This document shows positions 50,660-60,952 of a stretch of 64,000 bases of DNA, one piece after another. The stretch comes from an uncultured Spirochaetota bacterium. GTDB taxonomy: Bacteria; Spirochaetota; Brevinematia; Brevinematales; JAOACQ01. The DNA is taken from NCBI GenBank assembly GCA_963783575.1, contig CAWAOD010000014.1, positions 416,001 to 480,000 on the forward strand, written 5' to 3'. Position 1 is the first letter of the stretch; the number at the start of each line of letters is the position of its first letter. The position numbers and the translations under genes are program-made. Below the pieces are notes generated by a model. That model did not search any database, was not told the DNA's origin, and was given only the letters and a program-made list of their open reading frames with translations.

Positions 50660-51631
50660 ATGCCCTTCATTGAAATGCCACTGGAATCATTGCAAGCCTA
50701 TCTGCCAGCCGGTACAGAAAATAAGGATTTTGACGAATTCTGGGAAAAAACGCTGACAGAATCACGGTCTTTCGGATTAAATCCGGTTTTTTATCCGGTC
50801 GATTCCCTGCTGAAAACAATTGAAACATATGATGTAACTTTCTCCGGATTTAACGGACAGCCGATAAAAGGCTGGCTGATGTTGCCTAAAGTTCGCAATG
50901 GAAAGCTCCCATGCGTTGTGGAGTTTGTCGGATACGGCGGCGGAAGGGGATTTCCAATCGACTGGCTTCTATGGAGCAGCGCCGGTTATGCCCATTTTGT
51001 TATGGATACCCGTGGTGAAGGCAGTACCTGGCTTTGCGGCGATACAACCGATATTGAAGGACCGGATTCCAATCCCCAGTTTCCAGGTTTTATGACCCGC
51101 GGTATTCTCAAACCGGAAACATATTTTTACCGCAGGGTTTTTACCGACGCGGTTCGCGCTGTGGAAGCTGCAAAATCATTCCCGGAAATCGATTCCGGAA
51201 GAATCGCCGTAACCGGTGGAAGCCAGGGCGGCGGAATCTCGATTGCAGTCAGCGGACTTGTACCCGGTATTGCTGTGGTTATGCCCGATGTGCCGTTTCT
51301 CTGCCATTTCAGAAGGGCGCTTGATATGACAAATCAAATGCCGTATGGAGAAATTATTCGTTTTCTTAGCATTCACAGGGATAAAATAAATATGGTTTTT
51401 AACACTCTATCCTATTTTGACGGTATGAACTTAGCGGCAAGAGCAAAATGTAGGGCACTCTTTTCTGTGGCCATGATGGATGATACATGTCCTCCTTCAA
51501 CTGTTTTTGCGGCTTACAACCGATACGCAGGCCCAAAAGACATCAAAATCTATCAATACAACAATCATGAAGGCGGGGCTTCTTATCAGAATATTGAAAA
51601 GATGAAATTTTTAAAGCATTTATGGGGATAG
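50660..51631 (+). CDS. Acetylxylan esterase / cephalosporin-C deacetylase (CE7)
   Basis: DFDEFW, GYGGGRG, GGSQGGG nucleophile, [15 protein letters not shown]. Confidence 0.92.
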   Translation: MPFIEMPLESLQAYLPAGTENKDFDEFWEKTLTESRSFGLNPVFYPVDSLLKTIETYDVTFSGFNGQPIKGWLMLPKVRNGKLPCVVEFVGYGGGRGFPIDWLLWSSAGYAHFVMDTRGEGSTWLCGDTTDIEGPDSNPQFPGFMTRGILKPETYFYRRVFTDAVRAVEAAKSFPEIDSGRIAVTGGSQGGGISIAVSGLVPGIAVVMPDVPFLCHFRRALDMTNQMPYGEIIRFLSIHRDKINMVFNTLSYFDGMNLAARAKCRALFSVAMMDDTCPPSTVFAAYNRYAGPKDIKIYQYNNHEGGASYQNIEKMKFLKHLWG

Positions 51632-51639
51632 AAAAATAA

Positions 51640-52104
51640 ATGAATCGTATTTTATCGGAAAGATTGAATCAAGTCAATGAGGGATATTTTCAATTTAATG
51701 AATTACCTCCCATAAAATGGAGTAAGGGTGTTATCAAGAAAAAATACAGGAAGTTAACATTCGGCACATATGATATCAAAAATAATCAAATCAGGATTCA
51801 TCCGATTTTGAAAAATGAGAAAATACCGGTATTTGTGCTGGATTTTGTGATTTACCATGAAATGCTTCATTATGAGGACCGGAAAGATCTCAAAACTAAG
51901 AAAAAAATATTAATTCCTGTTATTTCATTTAAAAAGCAGCTAAGCCGGCCGATCAGATACGTTAGAAAGAAAAATTATATTCATACTTCGGAATTTCATA
52001 ACCGTGAAAAAGAATTTCCCAGGAAAATCGAGGCCGGTAAGATAATGCGTGAAATTGTGCATGGCAAGTATGATTTTGAAATTTCTGAAAAAACATTATT
52101 TTAA
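51640..52104 (+). CDS. SprT/YgjP-like HExxH zinc metallopeptidase
   Basis: FGTY...IRIHPIL...FVIYHEMLH...H..EF. Confidence 0.75.
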   Translation: MNRILSERLNQVNEGYFQFNELPPIKWSKGVIKKKYRKLTFGTYDIKNNQIRIHPILKNEKIPVFVLDFVIYHEMLHYEDRKDLKTKKKILIPVISFKKQLSRPIRYVRKKNYIHTSEFHNREKEFPRKIEAGKIMREIVHGKYDFEISEKTLF

Positions 52105-52174
52105 TCAAATCTGTACTATAACATTTCAAGAAAATATATATCACGTTTATAGGCATTTTGGAATTGAATTCGGA

Positions 52175-54490
52175 TCAAGCGTCATGCTTATTGATTTCTA
52201 TATGAACTTCATCTTCCTTAATATCCGCTACTGCGGTCCCGCCTTTAGCCAATTTTCCAAACAAGACCTCATCGACAAAGAAATTTTTAACCTTGTCCTG
52301 GATAAGTCTTGCAATTTCCCTTGCTCCGAAAACTTTTGAAAAACCTTTATCAGCAAGCCATTTGAGGCATGAATCTGTAACCTGTAATTGGATTTTTTTA
52401 GATTTAAGCTGATCCTGGAATTCTCCGACCTGTTTTTTTACAATTTTCAGGATTATGCCCTCGTTGAGATTATTGAATGTTATTATTCCATCAAGCCGGT
52501 TCCTGAATTCGGGAGAAAAAAGTGTTTCAAGCGCTTTAGCTGCAGTTTTGGATTTATCATCCGATTCGTCATTCTGCAGCCCGAAACCCAGGCTGCCTTT
52601 CTCCATTTCCCTGGCACCCGCGTTTGAAGTCATTATTATTATTACATGCCGGAAATCCGCCTTTTTACCGCTGCCGTCGGTTAGTGTAGCATAATCCATC
52701 ACCTGAAGCAAAGTATTGAAAATATCAGGGTGGGCCTTTTCTATTTCATCCAGAAGAAGTACCGAGTATGGTGCCCGGCGAATCGCCTCCGTTAAAAGCC
52801 CTCCCTCCTCAAAACCGACATACCCCGGAGGAGCTCCAATCAAGCGTGCTACGGTATGCTTTTCCAGGTACTCGCTCATATCAAAGCGGTTGAGAGACAG
52901 GCTTAATATTGATGCAAGCTGTTTGACTAATTCTGTCTTTCCCACACCAGTAGGCCCGATAAATAAAAATGATGCCGTCGGTTTATTTGCATCGCGGAAA
53001 CCCGCTCTCGAACGTTTAATGGCATCGGTAACCCTGCGAACCGCTTCATCCTGTCCGAAAATGTTTTCAAGCAGCCCATTCTCAAGGTTCTTCAACTGTT
53101 GAAGCTCTGTTGTTGAAAGGTTTTTCTCAGGTATCCTTGCTATTCTGGAAACAATCTTCTCAACATCATGCTGTCTGATAACAGCTTTTTTGGTCTCGCC
53201 TTTCTTCCTGTGCATCCTGGAAAATGCCCCTGCCTCATCTATTACATCGATTGCCTTATCCGGCAGGTGCCTCTCGTTAATATATTTCGCGGATAATTCC
53301 ACTGCCGATTTCAGGGCGGCTTCGGAATAGCTTACCTGATGAAATTCTTCATATTTAGGCTTCAAACCAATGAGAATTTTATAGGTCTCATTTTCAGTAG
53401 GTTCCGGAATCTCAATTTTCTGGAAACGTCTGGAAAGTGCCCTATCTTTTTCAAAATATTTTTTATATTCCTCAAAAGTTGTTGAACCGATGCACCTGAT
53501 TTTACCTCCGGCTAGAGCCGGTTTTAAAATATTCGATGCGTCCATCGAACCGCCTGAAACCGCTCCGGCACCAACAATCGTATGAATTTCGTCGATGAAA
53601 AGTATTACATTGTCCAGTTTTTTTAGCTCATTTATCACTTTTTTCAATCTCTCCTCAAAATCGCCTCGGAACCTTGTCCCCGCAAGAAGAGATCCCATAT
53701 CAAGCGAATATATTCCGGCTCCCTTTAACGGATCCGGTACCTTACCCTCTGCCACAAGAGCTGCAAGGCCTTCGGTTATTGCGGTCTTCCCGACTCCGGG
53801 TTCACCGACATAAATCGGGTTATTTTTAAATCTTCTGCAGAGAACCTGCATTGTCCTTTCAAGAATTTCCTCCCTGCCGATCAGAGGCTCGATATCTCCG
53901 TTCCTTGCTTTTTCAACAAGCTCTGTTGTAAACAGAGACAATGCGCTGTTTTTACTGCTTTTATTATTCTGCGCATATTCTGCTTCATCCTCATCTTCAG
54001 GAATCTGATCTTTACTCTGCCTGTTCTCTATAGTTGAAGGAAGAATTGCCCCATCATCGGGAATAACAGAAATTCCATGAGATATATAATTTAAAAGATC
54101 CAGTTTTGTTATTCCCTGATTTGTTATAAAAAAAGCTGCAAATGAATCTTTTTCATCCATTATCGCGATATAAATATCGCCTATATTCAATTCTTTTTTC
54201 CTCGGATCGCTCACTGCGAACAGCGCCCTTGTCAAAACCTCCTGCAACCCGATTGATTCGGATGGTTCCGAACCTTCTCTCACCGGCTGGTAATACTGCT
54301 TAAAATAATCATCAAGAGAGCGCTTCATAGCTTCTATATCAGCACCGCAGTGATAAAGAATTTCAGCCCCGTAATCAAAAAAAAGCGAAGCATAAAGAAG
54401 ATGTTCCGGCGTAAAATATTCATGTTTTCTTGCTTTAGCCTCATTGTAAGCCGCCAGGATGATCCTGTTCAGCTCCTCATTTATATCCAT
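52175..54490 (-). CDS. clpA: ATP-dependent Clp protease ATP-binding subunit ClpA
   Basis: Clp-N HEYFTPEHLL, GEPGVGKT, GPTGVGKTE, no M-domain coiled coil, LGF ClpP-binding loop (GSLGFG). Confidence 0.93.
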   Translation of the reverse strand: MDINEELNRIILAAYNEAKARKHEYFTPEHLLYASLFFDYGAEILYHCGADIEAMKRSLDDYFKQYYQPVREGSEPSESIGLQEVLTRALFAVSDPRKKELNIGDIYIAIMDEKDSFAAFFITNQGITKLDLLNYISHGISVIPDDGAILPSTIENRQSKDQIPEDEDEAEYAQNNKSSKNSALSLFTTELVEKARNGDIEPLIGREEILERTMQVLCRRFKNNPIYVGEPGVGKTAITEGLAALVAEGKVPDPLKGAGIYSLDMGSLLAGTRFRGDFEERLKKVINELKKLDNVILFIDEIHTIVGAGAVSGGSMDASNILKPALAGGKIRCIGSTTFEEYKKYFEKDRALSRRFQKIEIPEPTENETYKILIGLKPKYEEFHQVSYSEAALKSAVELSAKYINERHLPDKAIDVIDEAGAFSRMHRKKGETKKAVIRQHDVEKIVSRIARIPEKNLSTTELQQLKNLENGLLENIFGQDEAVRRVTDAIKRSRAGFRDANKPTASFLFIGPTGVGKTELVKQLASILSLSLNRFDMSEYLEKHTVARLIGAPPGYVGFEEGGLLTEAIRRAPYSVLLLDEIEKAHPDIFNTLLQVMDYATLTDGSGKKADFRHVIIIMTSNAGAREMEKGSLGFGLQNDESDDKSKTAAKALETLFSPEFRNRLDGIITFNNLNEGIILKIVKKQVGEFQDQLKSKKIQLQVTDSCLKWLADKGFSKVFGAREIARLIQDKVKNFFVDEVLFGKLAKGGTAVADIKEDEVHIEINKHDA

Positions 54491-54514
54491 AAAACCTGCC
54501 GTATTTTATAAATT

Positions 54515-54691
54515 TTATTCATCCGTTTCAGGATGATTTTTAATATTTTTTAATTTTTCTTTTATTTCTTTTCTGTTATTTTTTTCTTTATAATCATGTA
54601 TCTTAGGTTTCCGGTTTAATATCATATACTTGATTAATTCCTTATCCTGGTGGTTGTCATCGGAAGTTATTATTATTTTTTCTTTTTTCAT
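54515..54691 (-). CDS. Small Lys-rich hypothetical protein (58 aa) directly upstream of clpA
   Basis: Manual translation MKKEKIIITSDDNHQDKELIKYMILNRKPKIHDYKEKNNRKEIKEKLKNIKNHPETDE*; GAGGA RBS 6 nt upstream; 24 nt from the clpA start. Confidence 0.6.
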   Translation of the reverse strand: MKKEKIIITSDDNHQDKELIKYMILNRKPKIHDYKEKNNRKEIKEKLKNIKNHPETDE

Positions 54692-54947
54692 AAAAAATCC
54701 TCAGAATGATTACAAGCTATATTATTATTAGTTAAATCTCATATAAAACCACTGTATATATTAAAATAATAATATTAATAATCAATTTTGTCAATAGACA
54801 ATGCAAACAAATGAGGTACCGTTACAAAATCCATAATAAACTACTGTAAAGTAAACAGCTGAATTTTGTGAATGGTCTGTTATATCAATATCAGCAAGAA
54901 TGTATGGATTTGATCGGATCAAGCATCATACTTATTAAAATTTATTA

Positions 54948-54976
54948 TTGACAGTATATTTAAGTTTTATTATAAT
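54948..54976 (+). promoter_or_regulatory. Consensus sigma70 promoter for the PhzF-family gene
   Basis: TTGACA-N17-TATAAT. Confidence 0.75.
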
Positions 54977-55009
54977 TGTGCAACAAAAGTCAAATAAAGG
55001 ATATAATAT

Positions 55010-55876
55010 ATGAAATTTTTTATCGTTGATGTCTTCGGTGAAACCAGGTATTCCGGTAACCAGCTTGCCGTTTTTATGGCAAAACCCGGGTTGACATCTG
55101 AAGAAATGCAGAAAATCGCAAGTGAAATTCATTTTTCAGAAACAACATTCATCCTTAAAAATTTTCCGGTTAATGAGGGATATGATGTAAGAATATTTAC
55201 TCCTGAACATGAAGTTGATTTTGCAGGTCATCCTACTCTGGGTACTGCATATATTATTAAAAAATTTGTTATTGGAAAACCGGTTGATAAAGTATCTCTT
55301 AATTTAAAAGTTGGTAGGATACCTGTATTTTTTTCAAAGGATAAAATATTGCGGATGAAGCAAAATGAACCGGTTTTCGGAAAGATATTCGGTGCAAAAG
55401 AAATAATGGGCATTCTCAGCCTTCCAATTGAAGCCTCTGATGAAGGCTTTCCAATACAGGAAATATCAACCGGCCTGCCTCACATCATAGTACCATTAAA
55501 AAATATCGAATATTTAAAAAAAACAAAAATTCAAAAAGATATTTTGTTTTCTTTTATTGAAAAAACTCAGGCTAAAGTTATTCTTATATTTTGTCCTCAA
55601 GGCAGGACTCAGGATCACGATATTAGCGTCCGTATGTTCGCGGATTATTACGGAATAACAGAAGATCCGGCAACCGGAAGCGGTAATGGTTGTCTTGCCG
55701 GATATCTGGTAAAATACAGTTATTTCAGCACAAAAAAAATTGACATTAAAGCCGGCCAGGGATACGAAATTAATAGGCCTTCACTGCTTTTTCTTCAGGC
55801 GAAGGAAGAAAACGGACATATTGAAGTCTCTGTCGGCGGAAAAGTTATATATATTGCTAAGGGTGAATGGGAATAA
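55010..55876 (+). CDS. PhzF family isomerase/epimerase
   Basis: VDVF....GNQLAV, FSETTF, VRIFTPEHEVDFAGHPTLG, EDPATGS, QGYEINRPS. Confidence 0.93.
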   Translation: MKFFIVDVFGETRYSGNQLAVFMAKPGLTSEEMQKIASEIHFSETTFILKNFPVNEGYDVRIFTPEHEVDFAGHPTLGTAYIIKKFVIGKPVDKVSLNLKVGRIPVFFSKDKILRMKQNEPVFGKIFGAKEIMGILSLPIEASDEGFPIQEISTGLPHIIVPLKNIEYLKKTKIQKDILFSFIEKTQAKVILIFCPQGRTQDHDISVRMFADYYGITEDPATGSGNGCLAGYLVKYSYFSTKKIDIKAGQGYEINRPSLLFLQAKEENGHIEVSVGGKVIYIAKGEWE

Positions 55877-55883
55877 TCCGGAA

Positions 55884-57134
55884 TCAATACCCGATTATAT
55901 CCACACATAGCATATAAGAGTCGCCCGAATAATCGTCAATTCTCTGCGCCACAGTCACGCACAAGTTCCCCGATGCAAGCGAAGTATAAGGTTCGGTTAT
56001 ATAACTAAAATTATTGTTTTTATTCTGCAGGTAATAGTCTTTAATGGAATGATCATCTCCTTTTTGTGCAGGATGAAAGAGCGAGTTTCTGTTTTGGAAT
56101 ATCCTCAGAGGATTCATAATCGTACTGCTTGCCTGTACGCCTGTTTTATCCAGAATATATAAACATTCTATAACCGGATTGATTTCTACAAGTTTCAGAA
56201 GTATTTTATCGAAATTGTCAGGCGTGCATTTCCGTATTTCATCAATTATCGGTTCGATTATGCTTTCATAGCTTTTACGCTTATTGCCTACCGCGCTGTT
56301 TTTCCCGATAATAAATGATTTATAACGGTCGGCAATCAGCCTGATTTTATTTTCAATATATCCGAAGTTCAAAGTCCCAACAGGTTCCGCTTTTGAAAAA
56401 TAAAATCCCTGCATAATATCAGTCCCAAGTTCAAGGGATTTTATAATCTCATCTTCTTTTTCCAATCCTTCCGCCAGGGAAAGCCCCCCGGTCTTTTTGA
56501 TCAGGTTTATCATAGACTTAACTATTTCCTGTTTATAATATTCCTTATCGATATTTGTTATTAGAGATCTGTCAATCTTTAAAATATTTGGTTTTATTAC
56601 GGCTATTCTTTCCATATTTGAATGACCTATTCCAAAATCGTCAAGCGCAAAAAGAAAGCCGTATTTTTTGTATGTGCTTATAAATTGTTCAACAGCAAAG
56701 AAATTTTGAATTGAATGTTCTGTAATTTCAATGATGATATTTTTTGGGCTGATGCCAGTCTGTTCGACCGATTTTAACAGATGCCCCGATCCCACTACTC
56801 CCCGGTTTATTATTGAAATATCAAAGTTTAAAAATAAAACCATATCATTATTTCCTGCATACAGTTTAGCAAATCCTTCAAGTGCTTTTTTCCGGCATAG
56901 CCTGTCAAGCTCGAGAGATAGATTTTTATTTTTAGCCAGTTCAAATAATTCAACTGGAGAAACCTGTCTGCTTGAAATGTTCTGTTTATACCTGCATAAT
57001 CCCTCAACGCCCACAATCGATCTTTTTTTGACGGAAAGTATTGGCTGAAAAAATATTTCAATATCCTCATTTTTTAATAACTCTTCAATATCCAATTCTG
57101 ATTTTAGATTATCGTTATTAATAGTAAAATCCAT
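55884..57134 (-). CDS. EAL-domain c-di-GMP phosphodiesterase with C-terminal YkuI_C/Cache-like domain
   Basis: FQPI, EGL (EAL variant), LFLN, IEITE, ALDDFGIGHS, KIDR, AEGLE, QGFYF; C-terminal TEPYTSLASGNLCVT. ATG at 57134 with a GAGG RBS. Confidence 0.9.
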   Translation of the reverse strand: MDFTINNDNLKSELDIEELLKNEDIEIFFQPILSVKKRSIVGVEGLCRYKQNISSRQVSPVELFELAKNKNLSLELDRLCRKKALEGFAKLYAGNNDMVLFLNFDISIINRGVVGSGHLLKSVEQTGISPKNIIIEITEHSIQNFFAVEQFISTYKKYGFLFALDDFGIGHSNMERIAVIKPNILKIDRSLITNIDKEYYKQEIVKSMINLIKKTGGLSLAEGLEKEDEIIKSLELGTDIMQGFYFSKAEPVGTLNFGYIENKIRLIADRYKSFIIGKNSAVGNKRKSYESIIEPIIDEIRKCTPDNFDKILLKLVEINPVIECLYILDKTGVQASSTIMNPLRIFQNRNSLFHPAQKGDDHSIKDYYLQNKNNNFSYITEPYTSLASGNLCVTVAQRIDDYSGDSYMLCVDIIGY

Positions 57135-57170
57135 AGAAACCTCAATAAAATACAATATGATTAAATGTTA

Positions 57171-57186
57171 AGCAATTTCAATGCCA
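57171..57186 (-). promoter_or_regulatory. Sigma54 (-24/-12) promoter of the EAL gene
   Basis: Minus strand TGGCATTGAAATTGCT, exact GG-N10-GC spacing, 36 nt upstream of the ATG. Confidence 0.7.
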
Positions 57187-57424
57187 CAATTAGTATTTAA
57201 AAAAGTATTAAGGTTATTTATTGTAATAGAAATATTTTATAAATTTAACAATAATTTTATGGAATCTTTGACTGATTGATGATATGATTATTATTTATGC
57301 ATAATTCCATAGAATGTGATCAATAATTGGTCAAATATTCTAATGTTGCGACGGGATTAATTCTGTGAATCCGATGCTCCATAACTCTTGTTAATAAAAT
57401 TATTTCTATTTATAATATTTTATC

Positions 57425-58507
57425 ATGAAAATTCGAAAAATTATCCACATCGATATGGATGCTTATTATGCTTCCGTTGAACAGAGAGAAAACCCCGGAC
57501 TGTTGGGAAAACCTGTTATTGTCGGCGGAAAGCCTGAAGAAAGGGGTGTCGTATCAACCTGCTCTTACGAAGCAAGAAAATTTGGTATACATTCGGCGAT
57601 GTCAACGGTAAAAGCCCTCCGGTTGTGCCCCACTGCAATATTAGTATCTCCTCATTTCGATCTTTATGTAAAAATCTCATCGGATATTAATAAAATCTTC
57701 CATGAATATACCGATCTTGTTGAACCAATGTCATTGGATGAGGCTTACCTGGATGTAACAGAAAACAAAAAAGGAATGCCTTATGCGGTTAAAATCGCAC
57801 GTGAAATTAAAAAGGAAATTTTTCATAAAACCCGCCTCACTGCTTCGGCAGGAGTTTCCTATAATAAATTTCTTGCAAAGGTCGCTTCCGGTTATAAAAA
57901 ACCGGATGGTTTAACGATTGTACTGCCCGAAGACGCCCAGGAATTTATTGACAAACTTCCTATCGGGAACTTTTACGGCGTCGGCAAAGTTACGGAAAAA
58001 GTCATGCTCTCCCTTGGGATTAGAACAGGGCTGGATTTGAGGCTCAAATCCATTGAAGAATTGACCTACCATTTTGGAAAAAGCGGAATATGGTTTTATA
58101 ATCTTTCAAGGGGCATTGACGAATCGCCCATAGAAGCTTACAGGGAAAGACAATCCATCGGAAGGGAAATAACATTAATGCAGGATATCACCGATATGAA
58201 TATGATCAAAGAAATTCTGGAGGAAATTGCGTTTGAAGTGGAAACAATGCTCAAAGAAAATAATGAAAAAGGAAAAACTTTAACGCTTAAAATAAAATAT
58301 TCTGATTTTAAATCAATTACAAGAAGTGTAACTATTGACAATCCTACAGATTCCGCGACTAAAATTTTCATTGAAATTGAAAAACTTCTTCTAAAAACCG
58401 AAGCCGGGTTTAAAAAAATAAGGCTCCTTGGCATTTCAGTTTCAAATTTTCATCCTGAAATGAAGAAGCCGAGAATTTCGATTCAATTGAATCTTCCGTT
58501 TCAATGA
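57425..58507 (+). CDS. dinB: DNA polymerase IV
   Basis: IIHIDMDAYYASVE, CSYEARKFG, SLDEAYLD, NKFLAK, KPDG, C-terminal QLNLPF clamp motif. Confidence 0.96.
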   Translation: MKIRKIIHIDMDAYYASVEQRENPGLLGKPVIVGGKPEERGVVSTCSYEARKFGIHSAMSTVKALRLCPTAILVSPHFDLYVKISSDINKIFHEYTDLVEPMSLDEAYLDVTENKKGMPYAVKIAREIKKEIFHKTRLTASAGVSYNKFLAKVASGYKKPDGLTIVLPEDAQEFIDKLPIGNFYGVGKVTEKVMLSLGIRTGLDLRLKSIEELTYHFGKSGIWFYNLSRGIDESPIEAYRERQSIGREITLMQDITDMNMIKEILEEIAFEVETMLKENNEKGKTLTLKIKYSDFKSITRSVTIDNPTDSATKIFIEIEKLLLKTEAGFKKIRLLGISVSNFHPEMKKPRISIQLNLPFQ

Positions 58508-58620
58508 AAACTTGCTGCCGCGAGAGCTGCAATGTGTGCGGGGCTATTTGTTGCAGGAAATTGACTTTAGATATAGTAAAGCTTTATAATATCAATTAAA
58601 TTTATAGAAAGGCGGTTTAT

Positions 58621-59841
58621 ATGAAAAATTGTTTTTTTTCAATTTTAATATTGTCTGTAATCGCATTAAGTACGGCTTCTTTTGCGGATTCATTAAACAC
58701 TGTCAATTATAAAAACCTTTTTACGGAATTGCTCGGCAAAAGCGAAAATCAAGTCCGGGAAAAATTAGATTCCGCATGGCAACAGCTTTTCTATGGAAAT
58801 TCGGATCAAAGAATCTATTACCCGGTTAATAGCGATATGGCTTATATAAAAGATATTGGAAATAACGATATAAGATCGGAAGGAATGTCTTATGGGATGA
58901 TGATATCTGTCCAGATGAATAAAAAAGATGAATTCGACAGATTGTGGAAATGGGCCAAAACTTATATGTATCAAAATGGCGGCGTTTATAAAGGATATTT
59001 TGCATGGCATTGCACACCGGAAGGGAATAAGATTGAGCCAAACCCGGCGTCGGATGGCGAGGAATGGATCGTAATGTCTTTGTTTTTTGCGGCCGGCAGA
59101 TGGGGGAATGGCGAGGGGATATTCAATTATAAAAAGGAAGCCCAGGCAATACTCGATACGATGCTTCATAAAGCCGATTCCGGGAAAAATGGTGCAACTG
59201 ATATGTTTGATCCCGAACATAAAATGGTAGTCTTCGTTCCAACAGAGGGTCAGCAATCACAGATCACGGATCCGTCGTATCATCTTCCTCATTTCTATGA
59301 GTTGTGGGCTCTATGGGCAGACAAAGATAATGGATTTTGGAAAGACGCAGTACTAGCCAGCAGGGAGTTTTTTAAAAAAGCGGCTGATCCGAAAACAGGA
59401 CTGATGCCTGATTTTGCAGAATTCACCGGAACTCCGGTTGATATGTGGAACGGCGGGCACAATAATTTCAGGTATGATGCATGGCGCATCGGAATGAACG
59501 TCGCAATAGATTATGTCTGGTTTGGCGCCGATAAATGGGAAGCTCTGCAAAGCGACAGGTTATTAAATTTCTTTTACAAGCAGGGGGTTTATGCTTATGT
59601 AGACCAGTATAAAATTACAGGCGAAAAACTCGGAAACGATGGTTCTCTCGGGCTTTCCGCAATGAATGCCGTTGCCTGCATGGCCGCATCGATAAAAGAA
59701 AGAACGGAATTTGTGCAAGTGCTATGGGAATCGGAACTCCCGACAGGCAGATGGAGATATTACAATTCAATGCTCTACATGCTAGCTTTGTTAAATGTCA
59801 GCGGTAATTTCAGGATTTATTCGCCGGATCAAAGTAAATAA
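58621..59841 (+). CDS. Secreted GH8 xylanase/oligoxylanase
   Basis: Signal peptide; DIRSEGMSYGMM, PASDGEEW, TDPSYHLPHFY, YDAWR, RYY..MLYMLALL..SGNFRIY. Confidence 0.9.
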   Translation: MKNCFFSILILSVIALSTASFADSLNTVNYKNLFTELLGKSENQVREKLDSAWQQLFYGNSDQRIYYPVNSDMAYIKDIGNNDIRSEGMSYGMMISVQMNKKDEFDRLWKWAKTYMYQNGGVYKGYFAWHCTPEGNKIEPNPASDGEEWIVMSLFFAAGRWGNGEGIFNYKKEAQAILDTMLHKADSGKNGATDMFDPEHKMVVFVPTEGQQSQITDPSYHLPHFYELWALWADKDNGFWKDAVLASREFFKKAADPKTGLMPDFAEFTGTPVDMWNGGHNNFRYDAWRIGMNVAIDYVWFGADKWEALQSDRLLNFFYKQGVYAYVDQYKITGEKLGNDGSLGLSAMNAVACMAASIKERTEFVQVLWESELPTGRWRYYNSMLYMLALLNVSGNFRIYSPDQSK

Positions 59842-59895
59842 TTAATTTCTAACCGGAGAAGGGGAATTAAATTTTTATTCCTCAAGGAGAAATAT

Positions 59896-60927
59896 ATGAA
59901 AAGAACACAATTAATTTTTTTTTCAGGAACCGCCATGATTTTATTTTTTATCTTTGGATCAGGCTTGTTTAATCTTAGTGCCGGAGAAAATGCTGGACTG
60001 TCCGCCGATTTGGCTCCAGTTTTTGTCGATTACGGCAAACCTTTATTCACGAATCGTAATTCATCAGATCCTACGATCCGGGTCTTTAAATGGAATAATC
60101 CGTCCGGAGAGCTTTATCTCTATACATCTTGCGATTTATCTGGTCCCGGGATTTATCCGATGAGCAACACCTATTGCTATGAATCAACGGATGAAGTTAA
60201 CTGGATCGATCATGGAGTAATATTGACCGAGAATGATTACCCATGGGCTAAGAAAAACGCCAGTCATTTATGGGCGCCCGATTGCTATCAGGGTGATGAC
60301 GGGAAATTTTACCTGTATGTGCCTGCCTTGGATACAAACGACGATTCCAGGATCGGTATATCGATAGGGGATAGTCCATATGGACCGTTCACACCTCAAA
60401 GCAATTATTTCCAGGGCATAAAAGGTTACGCAAGCGATCCTGGAATATGCCGGGACGGAAAAACAGGAGTAAAATATATGGCATATTGCACGGGCGGGTA
60501 TTCGAAAGGAAGGCTGGCAATTGTTAAGATGAATAACGATATGCTGCAAGCGGACGGAACTCCAAAGATGATATCGATAATTGATGCCCCGAATGAGTAT
60601 ATGGAAGGCCCATCGATTGAGCAGGTTTATAAAGGCAGGTATTATTTATTTTTCGCGATATATGATAATGGTGGCGAGGCCGAGGCTTACGCCACTGCAA
60701 AAAACATTATGGGGCCTTATAAATACAAAGGCCATGTTATGGAAAGGAATATCGGAGAATGGACCATTCAGGCATCTGTAGTCTGGTGGAAAGATCACTG
60801 GTCATTCTATTATCATGATATTCCGAATCCGAATATGAAGAGAATGGTTTGCGCAGAATACATGACCATAAAATCCGACGGAGCTATAAAGCCTATTTCA
60901 AGAACCATAACAGGGTTAACAAACTAG
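59896..60927 (+). CDS. Secreted GH43 xylosidase/arabinofuranosidase
   Basis: SDP (base), LWAPD, SPYGPF, SDPG (pKa modulator), YMEGP (acid), GPY.YKG, YYH; signal peptide. Confidence 0.88.
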   Translation: MKRTQLIFFSGTAMILFFIFGSGLFNLSAGENAGLSADLAPVFVDYGKPLFTNRNSSDPTIRVFKWNNPSGELYLYTSCDLSGPGIYPMSNTYCYESTDEVNWIDHGVILTENDYPWAKKNASHLWAPDCYQGDDGKFYLYVPALDTNDDSRIGISIGDSPYGPFTPQSNYFQGIKGYASDPGICRDGKTGVKYMAYCTGGYSKGRLAIVKMNNDMLQADGTPKMISIIDAPNEYMEGPSIEQVYKGRYYLFFAIYDNGGEAEAYATAKNIMGPYKYKGHVMERNIGEWTIQASVVWWKDHWSFYYHDIPNPNMKRMVCAEYMTIKSDGAIKPISRTITGLTN

Positions 60928-60952
60928 TGTTTTTGTCTTTCTTGTCACGGTT

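Noticed and set aside
57340..57424. LexA/SOS box upstream of dinB
   Set aside because: No convincing match to CTGT-N8-ACAG or GAAC-N4-GTTC; only a weak GGATT/AATCC hairpin.
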